Shown piece by piece: positions 9,241 through 17,693 of a DNA stretch of 54,572 nt; the first letter of the stretch is position 1; every line of letters begins with the position of its first letter. The stretch comes from Alistipes sp. (GTDB taxonomy: Bacteria > Bacteroidota > Bacteroidia > Bacteroidales > Rikenellaceae). The DNA is taken from assembly GCA_045634765.1 (NCBI GenBank), contig JAZRAW010000067.1, positions 1-54,572 of the forward strand, in the 5' to 3' direction. Below the pieces are notes generated by a model that saw only the letters and a program-made list of their open reading frames with translations, was not told where the DNA came from and did no database searches. A program made the translations under genes and the position numbers.

Positions 9241-9381
9241 AATTAGTAGTTAGTAATTAGTAATTAGTAATGAGGTCCTATGTTGTCATACTGAGTGAGA
9301 TTGCCACGGCTTGTCCCAAGCCTTGCAATGACGCGATAGGAGCAACGCCACTACTAATTACTAATTCCTCATTTCTCATTT
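9241..9381. repeat. Heptamer (ATTAGTA)n inverted arms enclosing a truncated REP-like core
   Basis: Left arm ttagtagttagtaattagtaattagtaatgag, right arm ctactaattactaattcctcatt. Core gtcatactgag-tgagattgccacgg...gcaatgacgc matches the 54062-54380 cluster. Confidence 0.8.
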
Positions 9382-9386
9382 ATACT

Positions 9387-10121
9387 CTACTCCTCGTCCT
9401 CCTCGTCAGACTCAGCCATTGTTGTGTAGACGTTTGTAACGTCGTCATCCTCCTCGAGGTGCTCGATGAGCTTGTTTACAGCCTCACGCTCCTCGGGTGT
9501 AAGCTCCTTGGTATCGGTAGGGATGCGCACAGCCTCACCAGATACGAGCTCGAAGCCCTTGCCCTCGATCCATGTCTGAATCTGACCGAATGACTCGTAG
9601 GCAGCATATACTGTTACCTCACCCTCCTCAGCGTAGAACTCATCAACGCCAAAGTCAATCATCTCGAGCTCCATCTCCTCGAGGTCTACGCCCTCGGTAG
9701 GCTTGAACTTAAATACGCACTTGTGCTCGAACATGAAGCCCACAGAGCCTGATGTACCGAGTGTGCCACCATACTTATTGAAGTACATACGCACTGAGGC
9801 TACAGTACGATTTGTGTTATCGGTAGCGGTCTCCACGAGGACTGCGATGCCGTGAGGACCATAACCCTCGTAAATCATCTCTTTGTAGTCTGCAGCATCC
9901 TTATCTGTAGCACGCTTGATTGCACGCTCAACGTTCTCCTTTGGCATGTTCTCAGCCTTAGCGTTCTGCATAAGGAGGCGGAGGCGGAGGTTAGATGATG
10001 GGTCGGGACCCGAAGCCTTAACTGCCATCTCAATCTCCTTACCAATCTTCGTAAATACACGCGCCATGTGTCCCCAACGCTTCATTTTTCTCGCCTTGCG
10101 ATACTCAAATGCTCTTCCCAT
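9387..10121 (-). CDS. yebC: YebC/PmpR-family protein
   Basis: MGRAFEYRKARK, YEGYGPHG, TDNTNRT, LEEDDDVTNVY. Confidence 0.95.
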   Translation of the reverse strand: MGRAFEYRKARKMKRWGHMARVFTKIGKEIEMAVKASGPDPSSNLRLRLLMQNAKAENMPKENVERAIKRATDKDAADYKEMIYEGYGPHGIAVLVETATDNTNRTVASVRMYFNKYGGTLGTSGSVGFMFEHKCVFKFKPTEGVDLEEMELEMIDFGVDEFYAEEGEVTVYAAYESFGQIQTWIEGKGFELVSGEAVRIPTDTKELTPEEREAVNKLIEHLEEDDDVTNVYTTMAESDEEDEE

Positions 10122-10180
10122 AATTGTTTGTTTTTTATATTTTTAGTTGTTTATACCTTAGTATATATATGCACAGGGGG

Positions 10181-10188
10181 CAAAGATA
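10181..10188 (-). promoter_or_regulatory. -7 promoter element for yebC-ileS
   Basis: TATCTTTG on the - strand about 60 bp upstream of yebC. Confidence 0.65.
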
Positions 10189-10285
10189 GTAAAAAAAATT
10201 AGAAATTGATAATTAGTAATTGGTAATTTTTCATCTTTCGCGACTTCAAGAGGCGAATAACTTCGATTTGGCAGCAAAAAAATCA

Positions 10286-10406
10286 GAGACCTTGGGAGCG
10301 AGGAGACCGAGGGACCATGAGACCAAAACGAGGTCACGGACAACTGTTGACAGCATCTTCTCTCGGTCTCTCTTGGCTTCTTGGTCTCTGGAGTCTCTCA
10401 CCTCTC
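10286..10406 (+). repeat. GAGACC octamer-arm element, copy 2 (with inverted TGGTCTC arm)
   Basis: gagaccttgggagcgaggagaccgagggaccatgagaccaaaacgag...atcttctctcggtctctcttggcttcttggtctctggagtctc. Confidence 0.75.
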
Positions 10407-10482
10407 AATCCCCTCTCACAGAGCGCTATAACCCCGATTTAGTAAAAATTTGCATAAATTAATGAATTTTTTTATTAAATTA

Positions 10483-10514
10483 TTTGGAGAATTAAAAAAT
10501 ACCCCTTACCTTTG
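10483..10514 (+). promoter_or_regulatory. Full Bacteroidetes promoter TTTG-N20-TACCTTTG with no ORF before the next terminator
   Basis: tttg at 10483-10486 and tacctttg at 10507-10514, canonical spacing. Confidence 0.75.
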
Positions 10515-10519
10515 CAGCG

Positions 10520-10672
10520 AAGTTTTAAGGTTCATTTAGGTTAGTAGTTTTAGGTTGGAGAGGCCAATCGATGGGTATGACACAGGTTGCATGCTTAATA
10601 CCAATAGGTTAGAGATGCAAGCTATGTCAGAGAACTAAGAGTTCTAAACCCTTCGGTTGCCTCATTTTTTTT
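10520..10672 (+). ncRNA. Candidate ~150-nt small RNA with five AGGUU motifs
   Basis: Canonical promoter, no ORF, 3' stem (gagatgcaa/ttgcctc enclosing agaact/agttct) followed by T8. Confidence 0.5.
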
Positions 10673-10719
10673 GCCTATTTTTGCAGAGACACTCAAGCCA
10701 ATTGGAGCCTTACTGCTTT

Positions 10720-10806
10720 GAGACCTTGAGACCATGAGACCAAAACGAGGTAGCGAACAATCTTTGATACTATCTTCTCTTTGACCCCTCTGCCTCTTTA
10801 GTCCCC
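10720..10806 (+). repeat. GAGACC octamer-arm element, copy 3
   Basis: gagaccttgagaccatgagaccaaaacgag-gtagcgaaca...tgatactatcttctctttg. Confidence 0.72.
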
Positions 10807-10917
10807 AAAGAGCCATACCCCATCACCTTTCCCTTCACGCGCTTTGCTCTTTTCATTTTTTTTGTTATCTTTGCGAGGTATATGTGCCTGCAACAATGTG
10901 GGCCAACATCAAAGAGA

Positions 10918-12075
10918 ATGAAACGTAGTATTACCATAGGTTTCGATGCGAGACATGCCGTGAGCAACCATGAGGAGTTCGGGGCATATAGCCGTTTAGT
11001 GATCGAAGCAATGGCACTCGCAGCACCACGATACACCTACTTCAGAACATACATCCCCACGCGAACAGAGCATCCAGGCTATGAATCAATCGAGCGATTG
11101 CACAACATAGAGACCATGGAGCCCGATGGCAGCATATGGAGGAGTCTCACCCTACCATGGCGCATGTGGCGCATAGCACGCGACCTGAACAATGGCAACG
11201 TAGAGCTATACCACGGCCTCGCAGAGCACATCCCCGTGGGACTACACGCGCGCAACATACGCAGCGTGGTGACGATACACAACATGGAGTTTCTCTACGA
11301 CAACACCTTTACAAACTCACCATCACACCTTGCACATCGCATCTACATGAGTCAGATGCTCCACCGTGTGGACCGCATAGTGGCGGTGAGCGAGTGCGTC
11401 AAGCGAGATATAATCAAGCACTTCCGCATGGATCCCGACAGAATAGATGTCGTACACAACGCTGTGGCTAAGCGCTTTACCGAGCCCATCAGCGAGGAGA
11501 AGATGGCAGAGGTACGCGAGCGATACAACCTCCCAGAGAGATATATACTCAGCGTAGGCGCGCACCTTCAGCGACGCAATATGTTAAAGGTTATCACCGC
11601 ACTGCCATTTGTCGACAGCGATCTCCACTATGTCATTGTGGGGCGAACAACATCGCACACATCACGCCTAACCCGTTGCGCACGCGAGCGCAAGATAGAG
11701 CATAGGCTAAACCTCATAGAGGGTGTTGCAGAGGAGGATATGCCAGCGGTCTACAAGGGGGCCTCTATGCTTATAAACATATCGTCATACGAGGGCTTTG
11801 CAACATCTATTGCCGAGGCCATGACGGTGGGAGTGCCCGTGATTAGCACACGCTCATCGAGCATGGAGGAGGTGGCTGGCGATGCCGCAATATACGTCAC
11901 GCCAAACAACCGCGACAGCATAGTGAGCGCCATAAATAGTCTGCTGTCAAATGAGACACGAAGAGAGCAGATTAAGGCATCGGGAGCGCACCAAGCGTCA
12001 CACTTCCGTCCCGAAGTTATGGCCTATAACCTCGCAAACTGCTACCGCCGCCTCGACATAATAATACGAGGATAA
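10918..12075 (+). CDS. Glycosyltransferase family 4 (GT-B fold)
   Basis: IGFDA N-terminus, VVTIHN, IVAVSECVKRDI, EGFATSIAEAM (EX7E motif). TATCTTTG at 10866-10873 favours the start at ATG 10918. Confidence 0.88.
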   Translation: MKRSITIGFDARHAVSNHEEFGAYSRLVIEAMALAAPRYTYFRTYIPTRTEHPGYESIERLHNIETMEPDGSIWRSLTLPWRMWRIARDLNNGNVELYHGLAEHIPVGLHARNIRSVVTIHNMEFLYDNTFTNSPSHLAHRIYMSQMLHRVDRIVAVSECVKRDIIKHFRMDPDRIDVVHNAVAKRFTEPISEEKMAEVRERYNLPERYILSVGAHLQRRNMLKVITALPFVDSDLHYVIVGRTTSHTSRLTRCARERKIEHRLNLIEGVAEEDMPAVYKGASMLINISSYEGFATSIAEAMTVGVPVISTRSSSMEEVAGDAAIYVTPNNRDSIVSAINSLLSNETRREQIKASGAHQASHFRPEVMAYNLANCYRRLDIIIRG

Positions 12076-12249
12076 GCAAGAGTAAAACGGACAAATTGAA
12101 AATACGCACAAATACTTAAAGCATAGCTATTTAGTAAATATAACCGAAATTAGTAGCGCAAAAATATTTCCAATTGGGCAAAATTAAGTATATTTGCCCG
12201 ATTGAAACAACAAAGCAAATAGAGAAAATTGTACATATATTAATAGATT

Positions 12250-13125
12250 ATGGAAAGAGTTAAGAAAATTGTAGTTATGGCAAAGCAGGTGCCCGACACA
12301 CGAAATGTGGGCAAGGATGCCATGACTCCGGAGGGTACGGTAAACCGTGCCGCTCTCGCTGCAATCTTCAACCCCGAAGACCTCAACGCACTCGAGATGG
12401 CACTTCAAATCAAGGAGCGCGTTGCTGGTAGTGAGGTCTATGTCTTGACCATGGGTCCCCAGCGCGCAAGCGACGTCATCCGCGAGGCTATGTTCCGCGG
12501 TGCCGACGGCGGTTACTTGCTCTCAGGTAAGGAGTTTGCAGGCTCTGATACGTTGGCTACATCGTACGCCTTGTCGTTGGCACTTCGCAAGATTGAGCCC
12601 GACATCATCGTAGCAGGTCGCCAGGCTATCGACGGTGATACCGCACAGGTAGGCCCACAGGTTGCCGAGAAGCTCGACCTCCCACAGATAACATACGCCG
12701 AGGAGCTCGTCGACATCAACGACACCGAGATTACCATCAAGCGCCGCTTGGAGCGTGGCTCGGAGGTTGTGGTGTCACCACTTCCCGCACTTATCACCGT
12801 AAACTCATCGGCTAAGGAGTGCCGCCCACGCAATGCTAAGCGTGTGATGAAGTACAAGCGCGCACTTGCAACATCGGAGATGGCAAATGTAGATGCACAG
12901 TGGAACGCCTTCATCGAGGAGCGTCCCTACTTGCACATCGTGGAGTTCGCGGCAGCAGATGTAAATCCCGACCCTGAGCAGCTCGGTCTTAGCGGCTCAC
13001 CTACGAAGGTTAAGAAGATTGAGAACGTAGTGTTCCAGGCTAAGGAGGCTAAGGCCCTCACCGCCGAGGATAACGACATCGAGGCTCTCATGCAGGAGCT
13101 CATCGCGAGCCACACGCTCGGTTAA
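12250..13125 (+). CDS. etfB: Electron transfer flavoprotein beta subunit
   Basis: KQVPDT, NPEDLNALE, GSDTLAT, GRQAIDGDTAQVG. TATATTTG promoter at 12189-12196. Confidence 0.95.
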   Translation: MERVKKIVVMAKQVPDTRNVGKDAMTPEGTVNRAALAAIFNPEDLNALEMALQIKERVAGSEVYVLTMGPQRASDVIREAMFRGADGGYLLSGKEFAGSDTLATSYALSLALRKIEPDIIVAGRQAIDGDTAQVGPQVAEKLDLPQITYAEELVDINDTEITIKRRLERGSEVVVSPLPALITVNSSAKECRPRNAKRVMKYKRALATSEMANVDAQWNAFIEERPYLHIVEFAAADVNPDPEQLGLSGSPTKVKKIENVVFQAKEAKALTAEDNDIEALMQELIASHTLG

Positions 13126-13144
13126 CAGCTTAAGAACTAAGAGT

Positions 13145-14164
13145 ATGAATAACGTATTTGTATATATCGAGATTGAGGATAAGGAGATTGCCGACGTATC
13201 GTTGGAGCTTCTTACAAAGGGTCGTGAGTTGGCAAACACCCTCGGCGTGAAGCTCGAGGCTGTGGTTATCGGCCACGATGTCAAGGCCCTCGCCCCCGAG
13301 TTGGCAAAGTATGGTGCAGACACCGTATGGGTTGCCGACAACGAGATTTTCGCACCCTTCCGCACATTGCCCCACACAGCAGTTATGGTGGGTCTCATCC
13401 AGCAGGAGAAGCCACAGATTGCACTCTTCGGCGCAACACCCGTAGGTCGTGACTTCGCACCCCGCGTGTCGTCAGCGCTCCACAGCGGTCTTACTGCCGA
13501 CTGCACGGAGCTTGTTATCGGTGAGCATAAGGATGCTAAGAGCGGCAAGGAGTACGACAGCCTCCTCTACCAGATTCGTCCCGCCTTTGGTGGTAACATC
13601 ATCGCCACTATCGTTAACCCCGAGTGCCGCCCACAGATGGCAACTGTTCGCGAGGGCGTTATGCGCAAGGAGGCACTTGCAACACCCGCAGCTGGCGAGG
13701 TACGCGAGATTGAGTGGCAGCCCATGGTTAAGGATACCGACCTTGCAGTGCGCATCGTCGAGCGCCACATTGAGGAGCGCAAGATTAACATCAAGGGTGC
13801 TTCGGTCATCGTTGCTGGTGGCTACGGCGTAGGCTCTAAGGAGGGATTCCAGCTCGTACACGAGTTGGCAAATGTGCTTGGTGGTGAGGTAGGTGCATCG
13901 CGCGCTGCGGTAGATGCAGGCTTCACAGAGCATGAGCGCCAGATTGGCCAGACAGGTGTTACGGTACGCCCCAAGCTCTACATCGCATGCGGCATCTCTG
14001 GACAGATTCAGCACACCGCGGGTATGGACGGTTCGGCAATGATTGTGTCAATCAACACCGACCCCGAGGCCCCCATCAACAAGATTGCCGACTACGCCAT
14101 CACAGGTAGCGTTGAGGAGGTAATCCCCAAGATGATTAAGTATTACAAACAGAACTCAAAATAG
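13145..14164 (+). CDS. etfA: Electron transfer flavoprotein alpha subunit
   Basis: GLTADCT, RPAFGGN, GASRAAVDAG, QIGQTG, GISGQIQH. Confidence 0.95.
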   Translation: MNNVFVYIEIEDKEIADVSLELLTKGRELANTLGVKLEAVVIGHDVKALAPELAKYGADTVWVADNEIFAPFRTLPHTAVMVGLIQQEKPQIALFGATPVGRDFAPRVSSALHSGLTADCTELVIGEHKDAKSGKEYDSLLYQIRPAFGGNIIATIVNPECRPQMATVREGVMRKEALATPAAGEVREIEWQPMVKDTDLAVRIVERHIEERKINIKGASVIVAGGYGVGSKEGFQLVHELANVLGGEVGASRAAVDAGFTEHERQIGQTGVTVRPKLYIACGISGQIQHTAGMDGSAMIVSINTDPEAPINKIADYAITGSVEEVIPKMIKYYKQNSK

Positions 14165-14172
14165 GAGAAGCA

Positions 14173-15882
14173 ATGGCTAACTTTTATATAGATAATAAGG
14201 ATTTGCAGTATCACCTCTCACATCCCTTGATGAAGAGGATTATTGAGCTCAAGGAGCGCAACTTTGCCGACGCTAAGGAGTACGACTACGCACCCCAGGA
14301 TGTGGAGGATGCTCTCGACTCATACCGCCGCGTGTTGGAGATTGTGGGTGACGTGTGCGGTGAGGTTATCGCTGCGAATGCCGAGAGCGTAGACCATGAG
14401 GGTCCCCGCGTTGTCAACGACCACGTGGAGTACGCTTCGGGCACAGTACGCAACATCGAGGCGTTGAACGCCGCAGGATTGGGTGGCATGACACTTCCCC
14501 GCAAGTATGACGGTTTGAACATGCCTGTAACATGCTTCGCCATGGCTAACGAGATGGTAGCACGCGCCGATGCTGGCTTCGAGAACATCTGGGGCTTGCA
14601 GGATTGCGCCGAAACCATCAACGAGTTCGCATCAGAGGAGATTAAGCAGCGCTTCTTGCCCCGCGTATCTGCTGGCGAGACCTGCGCCATGGACCTCACA
14701 GAGCCCGATGCAGGCTCCGACCTTGGTGCCGTTATGCTCAAGGCATCGTGGGATGAGGCAGCTGGCGTATGGCGTTTGAACGGCTGTAAGCGCTTCATTA
14801 CCAATGGTGATGGCGATATCTCGCTCGTATTGGCTCGTACCGAGGAGGGCACAAAGGATGCACGAGGCCTTTCGATGCTTATCTACGACAAGCGCGATGG
14901 TGGCGTTAAGGTGCGCCGCATCGAGAATAAGCTCGGTATCAAGGGCTCACCCACCTGTGAGTTGGTATTCAACAACGCCCCTGCAGTGTTGGTTGGCGAC
15001 CGCAAGATGGGACTCATCAAGTATGTCATGTCGTTGATGAACGCCGCACGCTTGGGTATCGCTGCACAGTCTACAGGTTTGTGCGAGGCAGCCTACCGCG
15101 AGGCTTTGAAGTATGCTAAGGAGCGCGAGCAGTTCGGCAAGGCTATCATCAACTTCGCTGCCGTACGCGAGATGCTTAAGAACATGGAGGCCAAGACCCT
15201 CGCATCACGCGCAATGCTCTATGAGACAGCACGCTTCGTCGACATCTACAAGCAGCTTACACACATCTCTCACGACCGTTCGTTGGAGGCTGAGGAGCGC
15301 CAGGAGATGAAGTTCTACAACCGCCTCGCAGATGGCTTCACACCTCTTGCAAAGATGTTTGCAAGTGAGTATGCTAACGAGGTGGCTTACGACTCTATCC
15401 AGATTCACGGTGGCTCGGGCTACATGAAGGACTACGCTTGCGAGCGTTTGTACCGCGATGCCCGCATCATGAACATCTACGAGGGTACCACACAGTTGCA
15501 GGTTGTTGCAGCTATCAACCATGTCACTAAGGGCACCTACCTCGAGCAGATTATGCGCTACGAGGAGAACGCACGCACCGAGGCTACAAAGGCTATGGGC
15601 GAGCAGTTGGTGGAGTTACGTAAGGTCTACGAGCAGGTTGTTGCGCGCGTTGAGGCTATCGACAAGGAGGCAAACGGATATAAGGAGTTCCACTCACGCC
15701 GCCTCGTGGAGATTGCGGGTTACATCATCATGTCGCACATCATGTTGCGTCAGGCTGCGGAGTGCGAGGCAGATTACTTGAACCCCACAAAGATTTTTGT
15801 TAAGTACGCTGCGAAGAAGGTTACTGAGGCTGCGGCATATATCAATGCTTCGGAGGCATCGGATGTAGAGTTGTTCGCGTAA
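14173..15882 (+). CDS. Acyl-CoA dehydrogenase (ETF-linked)
   Basis: MDLTEPDAGSD, KRFITNG, KLGIKGSPT, QIHGGSGY, IYEGTTQLQ. Confidence 0.93.
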   Translation: MANFYIDNKDLQYHLSHPLMKRIIELKERNFADAKEYDYAPQDVEDALDSYRRVLEIVGDVCGEVIAANAESVDHEGPRVVNDHVEYASGTVRNIEALNAAGLGGMTLPRKYDGLNMPVTCFAMANEMVARADAGFENIWGLQDCAETINEFASEEIKQRFLPRVSAGETCAMDLTEPDAGSDLGAVMLKASWDEAAGVWRLNGCKRFITNGDGDISLVLARTEEGTKDARGLSMLIYDKRDGGVKVRRIENKLGIKGSPTCELVFNNAPAVLVGDRKMGLIKYVMSLMNAARLGIAAQSTGLCEAAYREALKYAKEREQFGKAIINFAAVREMLKNMEAKTLASRAMLYETARFVDIYKQLTHISHDRSLEAEERQEMKFYNRLADGFTPLAKMFASEYANEVAYDSIQIHGGSGYMKDYACERLYRDARIMNIYEGTTQLQVVAAINHVTKGTYLEQIMRYEENARTEATKAMGEQLVELRKVYEQVVARVEAIDKEANGYKEFHSRRLVEIAGYIIMSHIMLRQAAECEADYLNPTKIFVKYAAKKVTEAAAYINASEASDVELFA

Positions 15883-15904
15883 CGACTTCACCAAACATAA
15901 GAAG

Positions 15905-15935
15905 AAAGTCCACCCCGAAAGGAGTGGACTTTTTT
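15905..15935 (+). terminator. Intrinsic terminator of the etfBA-acyl-CoA dehydrogenase operon
   Basis: aaagtccac-cc gaaa gg-agtggacttt followed by a T run. Confidence 0.85.
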
Positions 15936-15942
15936 GTATCGG

Positions 15943-16020
15943 TTAAGGAATTTAAGGAACTTAGGGAGTTTAGAGACTTTAAGGTATCTAAATCGACTGC
16001 CCTAAACTCCTTAATCTCCC
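15943..16020. repeat. Inverted arms of ~9-bp tandem units, copy 2
   Basis: ttaaggaatttaaggaacttagggagtttagagactttaagg ... ccctaaactccttaatctccct. Confidence 0.8.
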
Positions 16021-16299
16021 TCGCGTGCAAACGCTGATTAGCACCGATACCATAATTTCTTGTCAGAAGTCGTGAGATGTGGTGCCAAATGAAAGAGCCT
16101 CGGATGGGACATACTAAACGTATTTCCCATTCGGGGCTCTAAGTTTGGTGCCGCAGATTGCGGCTTATCACAAGAAATTAAAGATTGCTGTAAGAAGGCT
16201 GCATATACAACGCTCGGCAAAAATGCCGTCGATGGGTAGTACTTTGGCGTACGTCCCATTGACGGCACTTTTTGTTAGCGGCAGTAGATGTCTGCCTTA
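16020..16299 (+). repeat. Twin long-hairpin structured element, copy 2 (hairpin A 16053-16180, hairpin B 16195-16298)
   Basis: Shares gcaaacgc.gattagcacc, taatttcttgtcaga, tcacaagaaatt, agaaggctgca, tacaacgctcggcaaaaa and tttttgttagcggcagtagatgtctgccttat with copy 1. Inner stems differ in sequence but still pair. Confidence 0.85.
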
Positions 16300-17592
16300 T
16301 TACTGTAATCTTAGGAAGCCAATACCAAAACGCTCCACAGCAGCACGCTCGAGGTCCTCACGCACTGAGGGGTCTGCGATAGAGATAAGGAGCTTCGCAC
16401 GCTCGGCGAGTGACTTGTTGCGTAGGTAGACGATACCGTGCTCGGTAGCGATATACTGCGCCTGGAAGCGTGTAGTCACAACACCTGCGCCCTTGGTTAG
16501 TGTAGGCACAATCTTAGACTGACCCTTCGAGGTGATTGATGGAAGGGCAATGAAGCACTTACCACCCTCCGAGAGAGCGCCACCATACATGAAGTCGTGC
16601 TGACCACCCACGCCCGAGAAGATGCGCTCGCCGATAGAGTCAGCGCAAATCTGACCCGTAAGGTCAATCTCGATAGCCGAGTTCACAGCCATAACCTTGG
16701 GGTTCTGACGGATGTTCTGTGGGTCGTTTGTCCATGCCACATCGCGGATAACGACATCTCGGTTACCATCGAGGTAGTCGTAGAGGCGCTGGCTACCGAG
16801 GCAGAGGCACGCCACAGACTTACCAGGGTAAATCTTCTTGAGAGAGTTGTCGATGATACCCTTCTGGATGAGGGGCACCACGCCGTCGGTCATCGCCTCG
16901 GTGTGGAGGCCGAGGTGCTTGTGGCCCTGGAGTGCATCGAGCACAGCGTTGGGAATACCACCCACGCCAATCTGCAATGTTGCACCATCAGGAATCTCGC
17001 CTGCGATGTAGTTACCGATAGCACGCTCCACGGCGTTGGGCACAACGGTGGGCACCTCAACGAGGGGCTCATCACCGCGCACCATGGCATCAATCTTCGA
17101 GACATGGATTACGGGGTCACCAAAGGTGCGAGGCATATACTTGTTTACCTGCGCGATGATTACCTTTGAGCACTCCACAGCTGAGAATGCGAGGTCGGCA
17201 GATACACCATACGAGCAGTAGCCCTCCTCATCGGGCTCCGAGACATTCAAGAGCGTAACATCGAGGGGCACCTGACCTGAACGGAAGAGGAATGGAATCT
17301 CGCCCAAGAATGCGGGAATTGTCTGCGCCACGCCCGAGTTGATGGCGTTGCGGAGGTTGTTAGCCACGAAGAAGCTGAGTGGCTCGAAAGAGTCGCGGAA
17401 CTCCGCCTTAGCATAGGGGGCATCGAAGCGACCGATAGCGAATGCTGTGTACACCTTTACGCCACGAAGCTCTGGTGCGCGGTCGGTCATCGCCTGCACC
17501 AAGACCTCGGGGATAGATGTCGAGCCCTGGATATATACCGAGTCGCCCGACTTGATAAGCTTGACGGCCTCAGCCGCACTTACTAAATTCAT
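16300..17592 (-). CDS. Acetyl-CoA hydrolase/transferase family CoA-transferase (4-hydroxybutyrate CoA-transferase-like)
   Basis: DGATLQIGVGGIPNAV, HLGLHTE, SGVGGQHDF, GAGVVTTR. Start at ATG 17592 (MNLVSAAEA). Confidence 0.9.
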   Translation of the reverse strand: MNLVSAAEAVKLIKSGDSVYIQGSTSIPEVLVQAMTDRAPELRGVKVYTAFAIGRFDAPYAKAEFRDSFEPLSFFVANNLRNAINSGVAQTIPAFLGEIPFLFRSGQVPLDVTLLNVSEPDEEGYCSYGVSADLAFSAVECSKVIIAQVNKYMPRTFGDPVIHVSKIDAMVRGDEPLVEVPTVVPNAVERAIGNYIAGEIPDGATLQIGVGGIPNAVLDALQGHKHLGLHTEAMTDGVVPLIQKGIIDNSLKKIYPGKSVACLCLGSQRLYDYLDGNRDVVIRDVAWTNDPQNIRQNPKVMAVNSAIEIDLTGQICADSIGERIFSGVGGQHDFMYGGALSEGGKCFIALPSITSKGQSKIVPTLTKGAGVVTTRFQAQYIATEHGIVYLRNKSLAERAKLLISIADPSVREDLERAAVERFGIGFLRLQ

Positions 17593-17607
17593 ACGCACTA
17601 TTCTTTG

Positions 17608-17637
17608 AAAAGGGCTGTCCTTGTTGGGGGCAGCCCT
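17608..17637 (-). terminator. Terminator-like hairpin between the aminotransferase and CoA-transferase genes
   Basis: agggctg/cagccct stem with TTTT on the - strand, ending 15 nt before the CoA-transferase ATG. Confidence 0.5.
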
Positions 17638-17693
17638 ACCTTATTTAACATTTACTTTCCAAGAAATTGTATAGCAACCTGCTATTCAAAATC

